Assembly (NCBI GenBank): GCA_963802945.1
Contig: CAWDKY010000032.1
Coordinates: 1 to 64,000 of the forward strand
Direction: 5' to 3'
Source of the DNA: an uncultured delta proteobacterium
Lineage (GTDB): Bacteria; Desulfobacterota; RBG-13-43-22
DNA length: 64,000 nt
Shown here: positions 20,560 to 30,019 of the stretch, piece by piece
Position numbering within the stretch: the first letter of the stretch is position 1
Layout: each line of letters starts with the position of its first letter
Notes under the pieces: model-generated
Told to the model about the DNA's origin: nothing
What the model saw: the letters and a program-made list of their open reading frames with translations, nothing else
The model's database searches: none
Translations under genes and position numbers: made by a program

Positions 20560-20636
20560 ACGGTTCAAGTTTAAGGTCTAGGCTTTTACCCTTGCACCCT
20601 ACACCATGCACCGTGTACCTTACACCTTGTATGCCT
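20560..20636. repeat. Heptamer array plus inverted array
   Basis: ACGGTTC-AAGTTT-AAGGTCT-AGGCTTTTACCCTT followed by GCACCCT-ACACCAT-GCACCGT-GTACCTT-ACACCTT. Confidence 0.75.
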
Positions 20637-21371
20637 TCATGTGTTGACTCTCACCAACTCAGCCACACCTTGATAGACATCTCCAGGGAAATGGGTGACC
20701 GCCATCTCCAGGGCCCGACCCGACCTGGAAAAATAAATCCGCTTAACGACCAGAAGTGGAGCCCCTTTTTTAACGCCCATAATCCTTGCCAAAGAGGGAT
20801 CGGCCATCGAGGCTGAGATGATCTGCCGACCGCGTTTTACGGTTTCCAAAATTTCCCTCTCAACCCTCTCGATGAATAGCGGGCGGGACGGATCCTTCAA
20901 TCGAATATTTTTCCCGATCTCTTCCGGGACAAAGGCCTGGAAAAAGGCCTGACGCTCACTATAAAGATACCGAAGACCTTCAAAGAGATAAACTTTTTCC
21001 TTTGGGCTAAGTTCCATATCCTTTACAATCCCAGGGTCTGGATTGATCAATCTCTTAGAATGAAGCTTCAAAAGGGTTTGAGCCCCCATTTGAAAAAGGT
21101 CTTCCACCATTCCATAGAGTCTGAACTTTATAGGATTTTCTTTGCGAAAGGAGACAAAAGTACCTCGACCCTGCTCTCGGCGAATGAGGTCGTCACTTTC
21201 AAGAGAAAGGAGGGCCTGTCTTACGGTGATCCGGCTGACCCCAAATTCCTGACACAACTCTTTTTCGGTAGGCACGGCTTGATCGGTTTTGAGTTTGCCG
21301 GAAAGGATCCGTTTTCGGAGAACCTTTTCCAGTTGATAGTAAAGGGGAACAGGATTTTTCTTTAATTTCAT
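20637..21371 (-). CDS. GntR-family regulator, HutC/UTRA subfamily
   Basis: PLYYQL, PTEKELCQEFGVSRITVRQAL and QGRGTFV, with a C-terminal UTRA-like domain. Confidence 0.93.
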   Translation of the reverse strand: MKLKKNPVPLYYQLEKVLRKRILSGKLKTDQAVPTEKELCQEFGVSRITVRQALLSLESDDLIRREQGRGTFVSFRKENPIKFRLYGMVEDLFQMGAQTLLKLHSKRLINPDPGIVKDMELSPKEKVYLFEGLRYLYSERQAFFQAFVPEEIGKNIRLKDPSRPLFIERVEREILETVKRGRQIISASMADPSLARIMGVKKGAPLLVVKRIYFSRSGRALEMAVTHFPGDVYQGVAELVRVNT

Positions 21372-21458
21372 CCCAAACTCTCCCGCCGGGGCAGGCCATG
21401 AAGGGTTATCTATGGAAAAGTTATAAGAACTTTGATGACTTTGGTATGAATGACAGAA

Positions 21459-21487
21459 AGGTTATAATGTCATAACAAATTTGTCAA
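21459..21487 (-). promoter_or_regulatory. Promoter of gntR with an overlapping palindromic operator
   Basis: Minus strand TTGACA-N17-TAACCT. The near-palindrome GTTATAATGTCATAAC (21461-21476) overlaps it. Confidence 0.55.
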
Positions 21488-21623
21488 CCGTTTTTTGAGT
21501 GGAACCAGGAATGGATTCACAATTTAAGTCCTCATCTTTTTCATCTCAACTTATCTCCAGTTTTAATCTCCCGATTAAATATTTAGAGGCAAACTCTGTG
21601 ATGAATTGATTAGCTTAGCGGGT

Positions 21624-22157
21624 TTATTTGGGAAAGATCACTCTTCGCCAAGAGATTATCCATAGAGGAATCAACAAAACACTTTCCACCGAAAAGCAAA
21701 ATAGGGCCTGAGTCCAAAAGTCAGGATGCCCCCAAGTCCGAAGCACACGGGGAAAGATGGGAACAGAAGACAAAAAATAAGTTTCAGAAACAGGCCAAAA
21801 CATTGGAAATCCAGAAGGCGCTTCTGTGAAAAAATCCAAAAAGAGGTGTGAAAATACAAGGATAAAAATAAAACCGCTCGTTTTTAGAAAAGACCGAGTC
21901 CATCCTAAAAAGGCAATTAAAAATCCGGCCATCAAAGATAAGCCAACTGCCGTCCCCAGACTGTGAAAAAATCCATGATGAAACCGGCCGGGATTCCCCA
22001 AAAAGAGCCCCGGAATAAAATCCAGGTCAGGAGCAAGAGCCCCTAAAACAACCAAACCATAAAGCAGCCAGGTATTTATTCGGGAAGTAACCGGTCGTGG
22101 ATAACAGAGGTTAAATAGACTCAGACCGACCAAGGCGTGTCCATAAGGAGAAGCCAT
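21624..22157 (-). CDS. Membrane-bound metal-dependent hydrolase (YdjM/DUF457-like)
   Basis: GHAL, APDLD, HHGFFHS, SHLFLD and FWP motifs. Confidence 0.85.
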   Translation of the reverse strand: MASPYGHALVGLSLFNLCYPRPVTSRINTWLLYGLVVLGALAPDLDFIPGLFLGNPGRFHHGFFHSLGTAVGLSLMAGFLIAFLGWTRSFLKTSGFIFILVFSHLFLDFFTEAPSGFPMFWPVSETYFLSSVPIFPRVLRTWGHPDFWTQALFCFSVESVLLIPLWIISWRRVIFPK

Positions 22158-22160
22158 ATT

Positions 22161-23186
22161 TCAGGCAACCTCCCCCCCTCCCTCACCCTCCCCCTCGGAA
22201 GGGGGAGGGAAGGGGTGGGGGTGGTCATCCGATTCGGGGTTGTTTTCAGATGATCCTTTGAGATAAAAATAAGCCCCTGGAAGCCCAACGAGGATATTTC
22301 CCAAGTTGGAAGCAAATCCGAGGGTAAAGGCCACAGTAGTCGAAATTCCAAAAAAAGAAAATAAAGCGATAAACAGCCCTTCTTGAATCCCAAAGCCGCT
22401 CAGGGAAACAGGTATCCGGGCAAAAAATTGGGCAATGGGGATGATGGGGACCAAATAAAGGAAGGGCACGGAAAGGCCCAAAGTCAAAACTAAAAAGTAA
22501 ATGGTCAAAATAGGCACCAGCTGTTCCCCAAAGGACCACAAGAAAAATTTTCCCAAGGCTTTAGGCTGAATTCGATAGAGTACGAAGGACGAAGTTATTT
22601 TGGAGATCTTGTCGGCCCAGGGAAGCTTGGCCATGAAGTTTTTTAAGGCCGTCGGTCCGCCCCCGCGCATAAGGAGGACAAGAAATAAAACACCGGCGGA
22701 CAGGAAGGTTAACAGGAGCCATAAAAGGAACCTGGGAAAATCGGGGACGAAAAAGAACAGCAGGGGAATGGCCATAAGGGCCATTATGGCCGAAGAAAGA
22801 AATCCGAGAAACCTTTCCATGATAATGGATGAGATCACATCGACCCCTGTTTGGGTGTTCCGGGAAAGCTCATAGGCGCGGATGGCATCCCCTCCCAGGG
22901 AGGTGGGAAATAAATTGCCTAAAAATGTCCCTTTAAAATAGACCACGATGAGTTTTTCCCAGGAACAGGAAATCGCTTTGGCATCGAGGAGTATCTTCCA
23001 TTTGTAAGCCATGACAAAACGGTCAAAAAAATTAAGGGCGAAATATCCGATCAGGTATGGCCAGCGAATATTTTTCAGGAGCTCGGCCAATTCCCTCTGG
23101 TTGACAAAACGGAGCAGAAATAAAATGAGAAGGAGACTGACCAGCAGCTTCCAGAAATAGGAATTCAGATTCGACTTGTTCATCAA
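22161..23186 (-). CDS. Lysylphosphatidylglycerol-synthase TM / flippase-like membrane protein
   Basis: Multi-TM, with PTSLGGDAIR, SIIMERFLG and IPVSLSGFGIQEG. Confidence 0.85.
   Translation of the reverse strand: MMNKSNLNSYFWKLLVSLLLILFLLRFVNQRELAELLKNIRWPYLIGYFALNFFDRFVMAYKWKILLDAKAISCSWEKLIVVYFKGTFLGNLFPTSLGGDAIRAYELSRNTQTGVDVISSIIMERFLGFLSSAIMALMAIPLLFFFVPDFPRFLLWLLLTFLSAGVLFLVLLMRGGGPTALKNFMAKLPWADKISKITSSFVLYRIQPKALGKFFLWSFGEQLVPILTIYFLVLTLGLSVPFLYLVPIIPIAQFFARIPVSLSGFGIQEGLFIALFSFFGISTTVAFTLGFASNLGNILVGLPGAYFYLKGSSENNPESDDHPHPFPPPSEGEGEGGGEVA
22172..22224. repeat. C-rich/G-rich REP-like palindrome within the 3' end of the CDS
   Basis: CCCTCACCCTCCCCCTCGGAAGGGGGAGGGAAGGGG. Near copies at 26312-26364 and 53622-53668. 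Confidence 0.8.
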
Positions 23187-23225
23187 AACCTAATGGAATA
23201 GTAGATTAATTATTTCAACCGGCGG

Positions 23226-25085
23226 TCAGGCGAAAAATCGTTGATGCCACAACCCCAAATTCAACAAGGCCCAGAGGATATGATTGTGATTATGAGTCCG
23301 GGCCATGTGCTGTTCAATAAGCTTCCCTACAAAAGGGCCATTCATATAATCTCTTATAACCGGGGACTCGTTCAACACAGTGATCAAGGGCTCTTTAAGC
23401 CCTTCACGCAGCCAATTCTTAATAGGCAGACTATAACCCTGTTTCCCCCGCCAGACGATCTGATCCGGCAGAAGGCCGCTTAAGGCCTCTCGGAAAATGG
23501 CCTTGGTGCGAAATCCTTTTAATTTCCAATCTCCGGGCAGAGAGGCCGTGAATTCCACAAAACGGTGATCCAGAAAGGGGACACGGATCTCCAGGGCATG
23601 GGCCATACTCATCTTATCGACCTTCATCAGGACCGAGTCGGGCATCATGAAACGTAAATCAACATAAAGCTCCTGATCCAGTCGATCAATCCCGTCCCAG
23701 TTTGATTTAAACGTCCTTACAGGGGCAAAGGGATCCATCTTAACCCGTCCTTTGAACAGATCGTTATACAACCGGTCATCCTGCGTGGCCGAAGAAAAAT
23801 ATTGCCACCTTAGGTGCCCCCCATCCAAAGGTAGATGGGAGCCTTCCACAAATCGTTTCACGATATTGATCAGTCCTTTTTTTTGGGGCTGATCCGGAAG
23901 GGCCTCGATGATCGGAAAAATCATTTTTTCTCTGATCAGTGAAGGCAGGATGCGGTAAACTTGATCGGCCTTACTGGCCTTAAAGCGGTCATAGCCGGCA
24001 AATATTTCATCCCCGCCTTCTCCGGAAAGACAAACGGTCACATATTTTTTGGCCTCCCGGCAAACCAAATAAAGGGGTAAGGCCGAAAGATCGGTCATGG
24101 GTTCATCGAGATGCCAGACCGTCTCTTCCAGGTCATTCAAGGTAACTTCAGGAATCATCAGAACCGTATGGTCGGTATCAAATTGTTTGGCCACCAATTC
24201 GGCATAAGGCAGCTCGCTGAAAGAAGGATCCGAATAACCGATGGAAAAGGTCCTTAAAGGATTCACCCCCAACCGTCGCATCAAGGCCACCAGGGTGCTG
24301 GAATCCAATCCCCCGGAGAGAAAAACACCCAAAGGAACATCACTGATCAGGTGTTTTTGAACGGTTTCCTGAAGCAGGCGACGCAGTTCAACGACCGCTT
24401 CCTCCTGGGTCAGCGAAGTGCCGGGCCGGTTGAGATCCCAATAAGGTTTTAGGGTCAATTCATTACCGGATAACCTCAGGTAGTGACCTGGAGGAAGTTT
24501 ATTAATCCCCTCAAACATGGTCAAGGGGCTGGGTACGAATTCATAGCCCAAGTAATAATACAAGGCCTGAAGATCAACGCCTCGTGGTATTTCCGGGATT
24601 TGTAACAGGGCTTTGATCTCCGAAGCAAAGGCCAGCCGTCCTTTTTGGAAATAATAATAAAGGGGCTTTATTCCCAAACGGTCCCGGGCGACAAGGAGCT
24701 TCTGTTGACTTTGGTCCCAAAGCCCGAAAGCGAACATGCCTTGCAGACGGTCCAAACATTTTTCCGCCCATTCCTCATAGGCGTGAATAATGACCTCGGA
24801 GTCGGCTTTGCTTCGGAAATGATGTCCTTTATCTTCCAATTCCTGACGGAGTTCTAAAAAATTATAAATTTCCCCGTTAAAAACCAGTTGAATGGTTCCG
24901 TCTTCATTGGGCATAGGCTGACTGCCCTGCTCGGACAGGTCAATGATGGACAGGCGGCGGAATCCCATGGTAATCCCCGGTTCAGTAAAAACCCCTTCCT
25001 GGTCCGGCCCGCGATGTTTTATTATTTGGCACAGCCGCTCTCCAAGAGAGCGATCCGGCCAGTTAAATCCTACAATCCCGCACAC
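23226..25085 (-). CDS. asnB: Asparagine synthase (glutamine-hydrolysing)-family amidotransferase
   Basis: N-terminal CGI, HRGPD, RRLSIID, NGEIYN, LSGGLDSS, SGEGGDE and RVPFLD. Confidence 0.93.
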   Translation of the reverse strand: MCGIVGFNWPDRSLGERLCQIIKHRGPDQEGVFTEPGITMGFRRLSIIDLSEQGSQPMPNEDGTIQLVFNGEIYNFLELRQELEDKGHHFRSKADSEVIIHAYEEWAEKCLDRLQGMFAFGLWDQSQQKLLVARDRLGIKPLYYYFQKGRLAFASEIKALLQIPEIPRGVDLQALYYYLGYEFVPSPLTMFEGINKLPPGHYLRLSGNELTLKPYWDLNRPGTSLTQEEAVVELRRLLQETVQKHLISDVPLGVFLSGGLDSSTLVALMRRLGVNPLRTFSIGYSDPSFSELPYAELVAKQFDTDHTVLMIPEVTLNDLEETVWHLDEPMTDLSALPLYLVCREAKKYVTVCLSGEGGDEIFAGYDRFKASKADQVYRILPSLIREKMIFPIIEALPDQPQKKGLINIVKRFVEGSHLPLDGGHLRWQYFSSATQDDRLYNDLFKGRVKMDPFAPVRTFKSNWDGIDRLDQELYVDLRFMMPDSVLMKVDKMSMAHALEIRVPFLDHRFVEFTASLPGDWKLKGFRTKAIFREALSGLLPDQIVWRGKQGYSLPIKNWLREGLKEPLITVLNESPVIRDYMNGPFVGKLIEQHMARTHNHNHILWALLNLGLWHQRFFA

Positions 25086-25109
25086 GATCCTGCTCCTTTA
25101 GTTCGAAAA

Positions 25110-25272
25110 TAGGGTTCGAGGATTCGTAGGATTCCAGAGTTCAAGTGGTTTCACTTCCATGCCTTTCACTTGAATCCTTGAACCCTTGGCACGTTGAATC
25201 CTCATCCGGAATAAAAAACAATCTGCCGAGAGACGATATTCTTCTATTCTGAATTCTGACTCCTGGATTCTA
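25110..25272. repeat. Octamer (GGATTCRA) array-core-inverted array, then a TTCTGAA-type heptamer run
   Basis: GGTTCGAGGATTCGTAGGATTCC..GTTCAAGTGGTTTCACTTCCATGCCTTTCAC..TTGAATCCTTGAACCC. Confidence 0.75.
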
Positions 25273-26256
25273 TTATAGATACCCCTCTTTTTTATACCAT
25301 TCGGCAGTCAGCCTCAATCCCTCATCAATGCCCACTTTAGGCTGATAGTCTAATTCCCGCTTGGCCTTGTTTATGTTGAAGGCCCTGTTTTGACGATACC
25401 AATCCACCCGGCGGGGGAAGATGGGAGGGGTGATGCGAAAGGGTTTGTAGAGCTTCTCAAAAACATGACCGGCAATGATGAGGGGTATGATCGGATAATG
25501 ATTGATTTTGACTTCAATCCCCAAAGCATGTCCGACTTTTTGGACAAGATCCTTTATTTCGAGGTATTCTTCATCGGCAATCAGATAGGCCTGACCGTCT
25601 CCTTTCCCTTCTTCCATGGTAAGCATAAAGGCATCGATCAAATTATCAATATACAGAGGATGATAAAAGGTCTTCCCGTTCCCGAACATGGGGAAGCTCC
25701 CTTTGGCCACCCTTTTGAAGATCATATAAAACCGCTCAGGATCCCCGGGCCCATAAATGGCCGCCGGTCGTAAGATAACGGTTTTCATGCCCTTCATAAA
25801 ATATTCATGGACCAAAGGTTCGGCCTCGAACTTGGTGGCTTGGTAATAATCCGCGGGTTGGATAGGGGCATCTTCACCGCCGGGAGGATGGTCGATATTT
25901 CCATGGACACCGCAAGTGCTGCAATAAATAAATTTTTTCACTCCCTGTCGGAAGGCAGCCTCTAGGACATTGGAGGTGCCGCCCACATTAACCTCATGAT
26001 AATAGGTGTCTGGGACATTTAATTCGCGAAAGGCAGCCGCTAAATGATGAACCACTTCCACACCCTGAATGCTTTTTTCAACCACCGCCTTATCGGTGAC
26101 ACTGCCGATAACGACTTCCGCACCCCATTTTCGGAGTTCTTCGGTTTTAAGCCCTTCTTTATAATCCAGTGCTCTAACCTGATTGCCTTCTTCGATGAGC
26201 TTTTTTACCAGGGCTTTACCGGTAAAACCCGTTCCTCCGGTTACCAAAATCCGCAT
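25273..26256 (-). CDS. NAD-dependent epimerase/dehydratase (extended SDR)
   Basis: TGGTGFTG, HLAA, YQATK (YxxxK) and IYGPGD. Confidence 0.92.
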   Translation of the reverse strand: MRILVTGGTGFTGKALVKKLIEEGNQVRALDYKEGLKTEELRKWGAEVVIGSVTDKAVVEKSIQGVEVVHHLAAAFRELNVPDTYYHEVNVGGTSNVLEAAFRQGVKKFIYCSTCGVHGNIDHPPGGEDAPIQPADYYQATKFEAEPLVHEYFMKGMKTVILRPAAIYGPGDPERFYMIFKRVAKGSFPMFGNGKTFYHPLYIDNLIDAFMLTMEEGKGDGQAYLIADEEYLEIKDLVQKVGHALGIEVKINHYPIIPLIIAGHVFEKLYKPFRITPPIFPRRVDWYRQNRAFNINKAKRELDYQPKVGIDEGLRLTAEWYKKEGYL

Positions 26257-26311
26257 GAATTGCCCCTCCTTTTCCTTTTATATCACTTTACAATTGGGAA
26301 AAAAATCACAT

Positions 26312-26364
26312 CCCCCCACCCTCACCCTCCCCCTCAGAGGGGGGAGGGCAAGGGAGGGGGTGGG
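26312..26364. repeat. C-rich/G-rich REP-like palindrome
   Basis: CCCCCCACCCTCACCCTCCCCCTCAGAGGGGGGAGGGCAAGGGAGGGGGTGGG. Confidence 0.8.
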
Positions 26365-26403
26365 TCTATTAAGCTTTCTAAACATATCAAAAGTTATCTA
26401 ACG

Positions 26404-26467
26404 TGACGGCACAGTAAAAAGTTCTCCCGCCAAAGGCGGGACTGATGGGCTTTTTACGAAGCTGTCA
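26404..26467. repeat. Short MITE-like element overlapping the GT4 stop codon
   Basis: Inverted ends TGACGGCACAGTAAAAAG / CTTTTTACGAAGCTGTCA, with a central CCCGCCAAAGGCGGG hairpin. Confidence 0.7.
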
Positions 26468-27617
26468 ACCTTGCCTCCAGTTGATTATAAAAGTAAATCA
26501 GTTTTTTTTGGAAGGCTTCAAAACAATACTCTTCCTGAACGCGCTTCTTGGCTGCCAGGGTCAGCCTATCTCTCAAGGAAGCGTTTCCCATCAAGACTGC
26601 CATGCCTTCGGCCATGTCTTCGGAATTGGGGGCTGCCAGATAGGCGATCTCGTCATCCAATACCTGCGTGTGGGTCGAAAGACGGGTGGCCAGGACCGCC
26701 TTCCCGGAATCCAGATAAGAAAATATTTTCATGGGCGTATTATTGCCTTGCGTTCTAGGAGAAACCAGTATCTGAGCCTGGGCTAACCATTGAGGGAGTT
26801 CGGAAACAGGCTTGGGGCCGAGGAAGGCGACCCTTTCTTTAATCCCCAAATCCTCCGCCCGTTTCTGATAATGCTTGATATCTGATTCACCGCCGCCGAT
26901 GATGACCAACTTGGCATCCCCCACTCGAGGTAAGGCCTTTTGAAAACCTTCCAGAAGTAAATCGATCCCCTGGTATTTTTCAAGGTTGCCGACATACATG
27001 ATCACCGGCTCCTGGAAGGCCTTTGTTGGTGTTAAGTCCTCTTCCCCTCCTTGCTCTGAAAGGAGGGTGATATCCTCCAGCCGACAGACCAATTTCCCGG
27101 GCTGGCATTTTAGGACCTCCTCTTCTAGGACCTTGCAGACGGCAATGGCCCCAGCACTTTCCCGGATCGCTTTTTTTTCAAAAAAATGCATGATCGACTT
27201 AAGGGGTTTCATTAAAATATATTTTTCAGAAATCTGCTGGGACATGGAAGAATCCAGGTCATAAACAAAAGGGAGGTGATATATTTTTTTCACAGCCAGG
27301 GCCATGAAGGCCGACTCTTCCACGGCATGAATGATATCAAATCGATTTTTCCTAACCAAACCGACCAGCTTAAAAAACATGACCAGATCATAAACCAATT
27401 TCTTCCAGGATGGGCCGGGTTTAATATTCTTGACACCGGGCAAAGCCGTAATCCTGGTGATGGACCCATTTTGGATCGGCACCGGTTCCCCTTCGGGATA
27501 GGTCAGAATATGAAGATGATGCCCTGCCCCAGCCAGGACCTCCGTGACTAATTTGATGGCAATCGGCGTCCCCCTTTCCTGAAAAAAGGGACAAGGGGCC
27601 AATAATAAAATCTTCAT
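26454..27617 (-). CDS. GT4 glycosyltransferase
   Basis: MKILLLAP..ERGTPIA, MYVGNLEKYQGIDLL and NTPMKIFSYL. ATG at 27617 overlaps the upstream stop. Confidence 0.9.
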   Translation of the reverse strand: MKILLLAPCPFFQERGTPIAIKLVTEVLAGAGHHLHILTYPEGEPVPIQNGSITRITALPGVKNIKPGPSWKKLVYDLVMFFKLVGLVRKNRFDIIHAVEESAFMALAVKKIYHLPFVYDLDSSMSQQISEKYILMKPLKSIMHFFEKKAIRESAGAIAVCKVLEEEVLKCQPGKLVCRLEDITLLSEQGGEEDLTPTKAFQEPVIMYVGNLEKYQGIDLLLEGFQKALPRVGDAKLVIIGGGESDIKHYQKRAEDLGIKERVAFLGPKPVSELPQWLAQAQILVSPRTQGNNTPMKIFSYLDSGKAVLATRLSTHTQVLDDEIAYLAAPNSEDMAEGMAVLMGNASLRDRLTLAAKKRVQEEYCFEAFQKKLIYFYNQLEARLTAS

Positions 27618-28348
27618 GACGGGGTCACCCTTAAAATGACCGGCGAACCTAAAAGATGCGTCAATCCGAGCCCCTGACAAACCGCTTCCAATCTCCTTGA
27701 TACAGTTGCGCTTTTCAAGGCCCGATGAAGAGCCATAGGTAAAAAAAATTCCGGCTGAAAAAGGGTCTGGCCGAAGTGGTTTTTGGAAAATTCATCCTTT
27801 AATTCCCGGCGGCTGAAGCAGCTAAAAGGTCTGGTATTTTTTTCAATGGCTTTTTTGACCTTAAAAAAAAGCTTGGAAAAAATATTGATGCTGCGAATAT
27901 CAGGATAATCAACGATTACCGCCTTGCCGGCCAAACGGCAACATTCAGCGACTAATTTCGGCCAGTCTTCCACATGAGGCAATAGACGAAAGGAAAGAAC
28001 GATATCGAAGCTTTGGTCCTCCAAAGGGAGTGACAATAGATTTCCCCATTTAAAATCATAAGAGCCTGGGGGTAGCAGACGATCAAGACGCTCCCGACAA
28101 ATCGGATGGCTCCCGGCCACCGTTACCTGATAACCGGCCTTGACCAAAGGCAAGGCCAACTGCCCGTGCCCCCCACCAATATCCAGGATCTTGGCGCCGG
28201 GCCAGGGTTCCAATAGGGCCAGAGTAATTTGAGTCTGAAGGGCCAAAAAAAAATCCCCCACCGGCCCGGAAAAACGTTGGGCATAGCCTTCCGATGAAGT
28301 TTCGACATCGGCAAATTCCAAGGGATTTCCAAAGGTCTCAGGATTCAT
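27614..28348 (-). CDS. Class I SAM-dependent methyltransferase
   Basis: ILDIGGGHG and LPLEDQSFDIV. Confidence 0.88.
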   Translation of the reverse strand: MNPETFGNPLEFADVETSSEGYAQRFSGPVGDFFLALQTQITLALLEPWPGAKILDIGGGHGQLALPLVKAGYQVTVAGSHPICRERLDRLLPPGSYDFKWGNLLSLPLEDQSFDIVLSFRLLPHVEDWPKLVAECCRLAGKAVIVDYPDIRSINIFSKLFFKVKKAIEKNTRPFSCFSRRELKDEFSKNHFGQTLFQPEFFLPMALHRALKSATVSRRLEAVCQGLGLTHLLGSPVILRVTPS

Positions 28349-30015
28349 ACCCGTTTCCTGAAAGGCTGATAGACCTGTAATACCGAACCTATTTCCTGCC
28401 TCCGGCGTATTTCATCCCATCCCAACTCTTTGGACATTATTTCTGAAACCTTTTGAAGGCTTTCTTGGGTCGGACAACCGGCTTGGGCCATGTCGGTCCG
28501 CCGGCAAATGATATCGGATAATTTTAAAGCCATCTCCTCCCGCATCCCATAGAGGACCTCACCAATGGTCACCAGGGGACTTATCGAGATGAGTTGAGAC
28601 GCTTCGGGATCACGTCGTATAAATTCAAGAACTTTTTTACTTCGAGGGCCGTAGCTTTGCCAAAAATGATCGATCAGCAAACCGATGGAATAGGCTTGAT
28701 CCTTGAAGGGCAGTTGGCCTATATCCTCTTCAAGTGATGTTTTTTTATAAAGAGAAATTTCCGCGGACTGCGAAGCAGGGCCGGCCGGCAAATTCCCTTT
28801 AGCTGTAACAAGATCCAAAACTTTTTCAGCCACCACAGGGGCAGTGGTATATTTGGTACTTTTGACAGAGATCAAACCCTTCACCCCGGCCAGAGATTCA
28901 TGATCAAAGATCTCAGAATGCCGGTCCGGTTCGGGATGGGCCTCGTTTTCATCCTGACCCTCGGAAACCGGTTGAAGACCGTAATGTCCAAAGGCAACAT
29001 CATTCGTGGTCAATTGGGCTTGAGGATAGATGGTGTTGATCTCTTTTAAAAAATCCACAATCTCTTTTTCTTCCAGCCGGGCAAAATCCGGGGCTCCGCT
29101 GTAACGGTTATAGGCGGTCCCGATCATCGTCTGTCCGTGCCAAGGGATAAAAAAGAAAAAACGTGATCCTTTCCCGGAGGCAGTCTTTTTATTTTCCTGC
29201 AGGCCTACCCCATACTTCTGAAAGAGGGTTTTATGGATAATCAAATTCATTCCCTTGACCCAACTCATGGATTGCTTAGTAGACTGGGTCAAGGGTTGCC
29301 ATATCTCCATAAGCCAGGGGCCCGAGGCATTGATCACCATTGCGGCCTGAATAGGAAATTCTGTTTTTGAAAAAACCTCTTCGGCCTTAATCCCTTTTGC
29401 CGTTCCTTGCTCTATTATTAGGTCTTTGGCCAGAACATAATTAGCAACCATGGCCCCTTTTTCCGAAGCGGCCAGGATAAACTCCAAGGTCAATCGTTCC
29501 GTATGTTGAGCCTGTCCGTCGTACCACAGGGCACCGCCGGTTAGACCTTGTTTTTTTATATCCGGGATTATAGTTAGACAATCTTGTCGGGAAACAAGCC
29601 TTCCTCTGGGAAGAAAATTTTCTTCGGGAAGATTTTGATTCCGATCCCAGCTCAATAAATCATTCATCCTCAGGGCCGCAGCCATGGCTTCTTTACCCTT
29701 GATCCCGTGTCCGTAAACAGGGATTAAAAAGGGTTGAGGAAGAACCAAGTGGGGGGCAAAGGCCATAAATTTTCTCCGCGCTCGGATGGATTGCCGGATA
29801 CGTTTCAGATCGGCTTGCTGTAAATAACGCAGACCTCCATGAATCGTCTTTAAACTGTTGGCCGACGTGGCCTGTCCAAAATCTCCTTTCTCGATGAGGG
29901 CTGACTTAAAACCTCTTTCCGTCGCCTCATGAAGTATGGCCGCCCCAAGGATACCCCCACCAATGACCAGAATATCAAATTGGTTATCCGCTAGGGCCTC
30001 CGGCTTTCTTTTCAT
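28345..30015 (-). CDS. FAD-dependent glycerol-3-phosphate dehydrogenase/oxidase-family protein
   Basis: VIGGGILG, TSANSLKTIHGGLRYLQ, INASGPW, KYTT and RRT. Confidence 0.88.
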   Translation of the reverse strand: MKRKPEALADNQFDILVIGGGILGAAILHEATERGFKSALIEKGDFGQATSANSLKTIHGGLRYLQQADLKRIRQSIRARRKFMAFAPHLVLPQPFLIPVYGHGIKGKEAMAAALRMNDLLSWDRNQNLPEENFLPRGRLVSRQDCLTIIPDIKKQGLTGGALWYDGQAQHTERLTLEFILAASEKGAMVANYVLAKDLIIEQGTAKGIKAEEVFSKTEFPIQAAMVINASGPWLMEIWQPLTQSTKQSMSWVKGMNLIIHKTLFQKYGVGLQENKKTASGKGSRFFFFIPWHGQTMIGTAYNRYSGAPDFARLEEKEIVDFLKEINTIYPQAQLTTNDVAFGHYGLQPVSEGQDENEAHPEPDRHSEIFDHESLAGVKGLISVKSTKYTTAPVVAEKVLDLVTAKGNLPAGPASQSAEISLYKKTSLEEDIGQLPFKDQAYSIGLLIDHFWQSYGPRSKKVLEFIRRDPEASQLISISPLVTIGEVLYGMREEMALKLSDIICRRTDMAQAGCPTQESLQKVSEIMSKELGWDEIRRRQEIGSVLQVYQPFRKRV

Positions 30016-30019
30016 AGTC

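Noticed and set aside
13918-20636. Intergenic repeats read as a CRISPR array
   Set aside because: Units are degenerate 7-mers with no constant repeat-spacer structure, and there are no cas genes.
20517-20636. Expected cobalamin riboswitch before the mutase gene
   Set aside because: The spacer is short and filled by heptamer repeats, with no B12 box visible.
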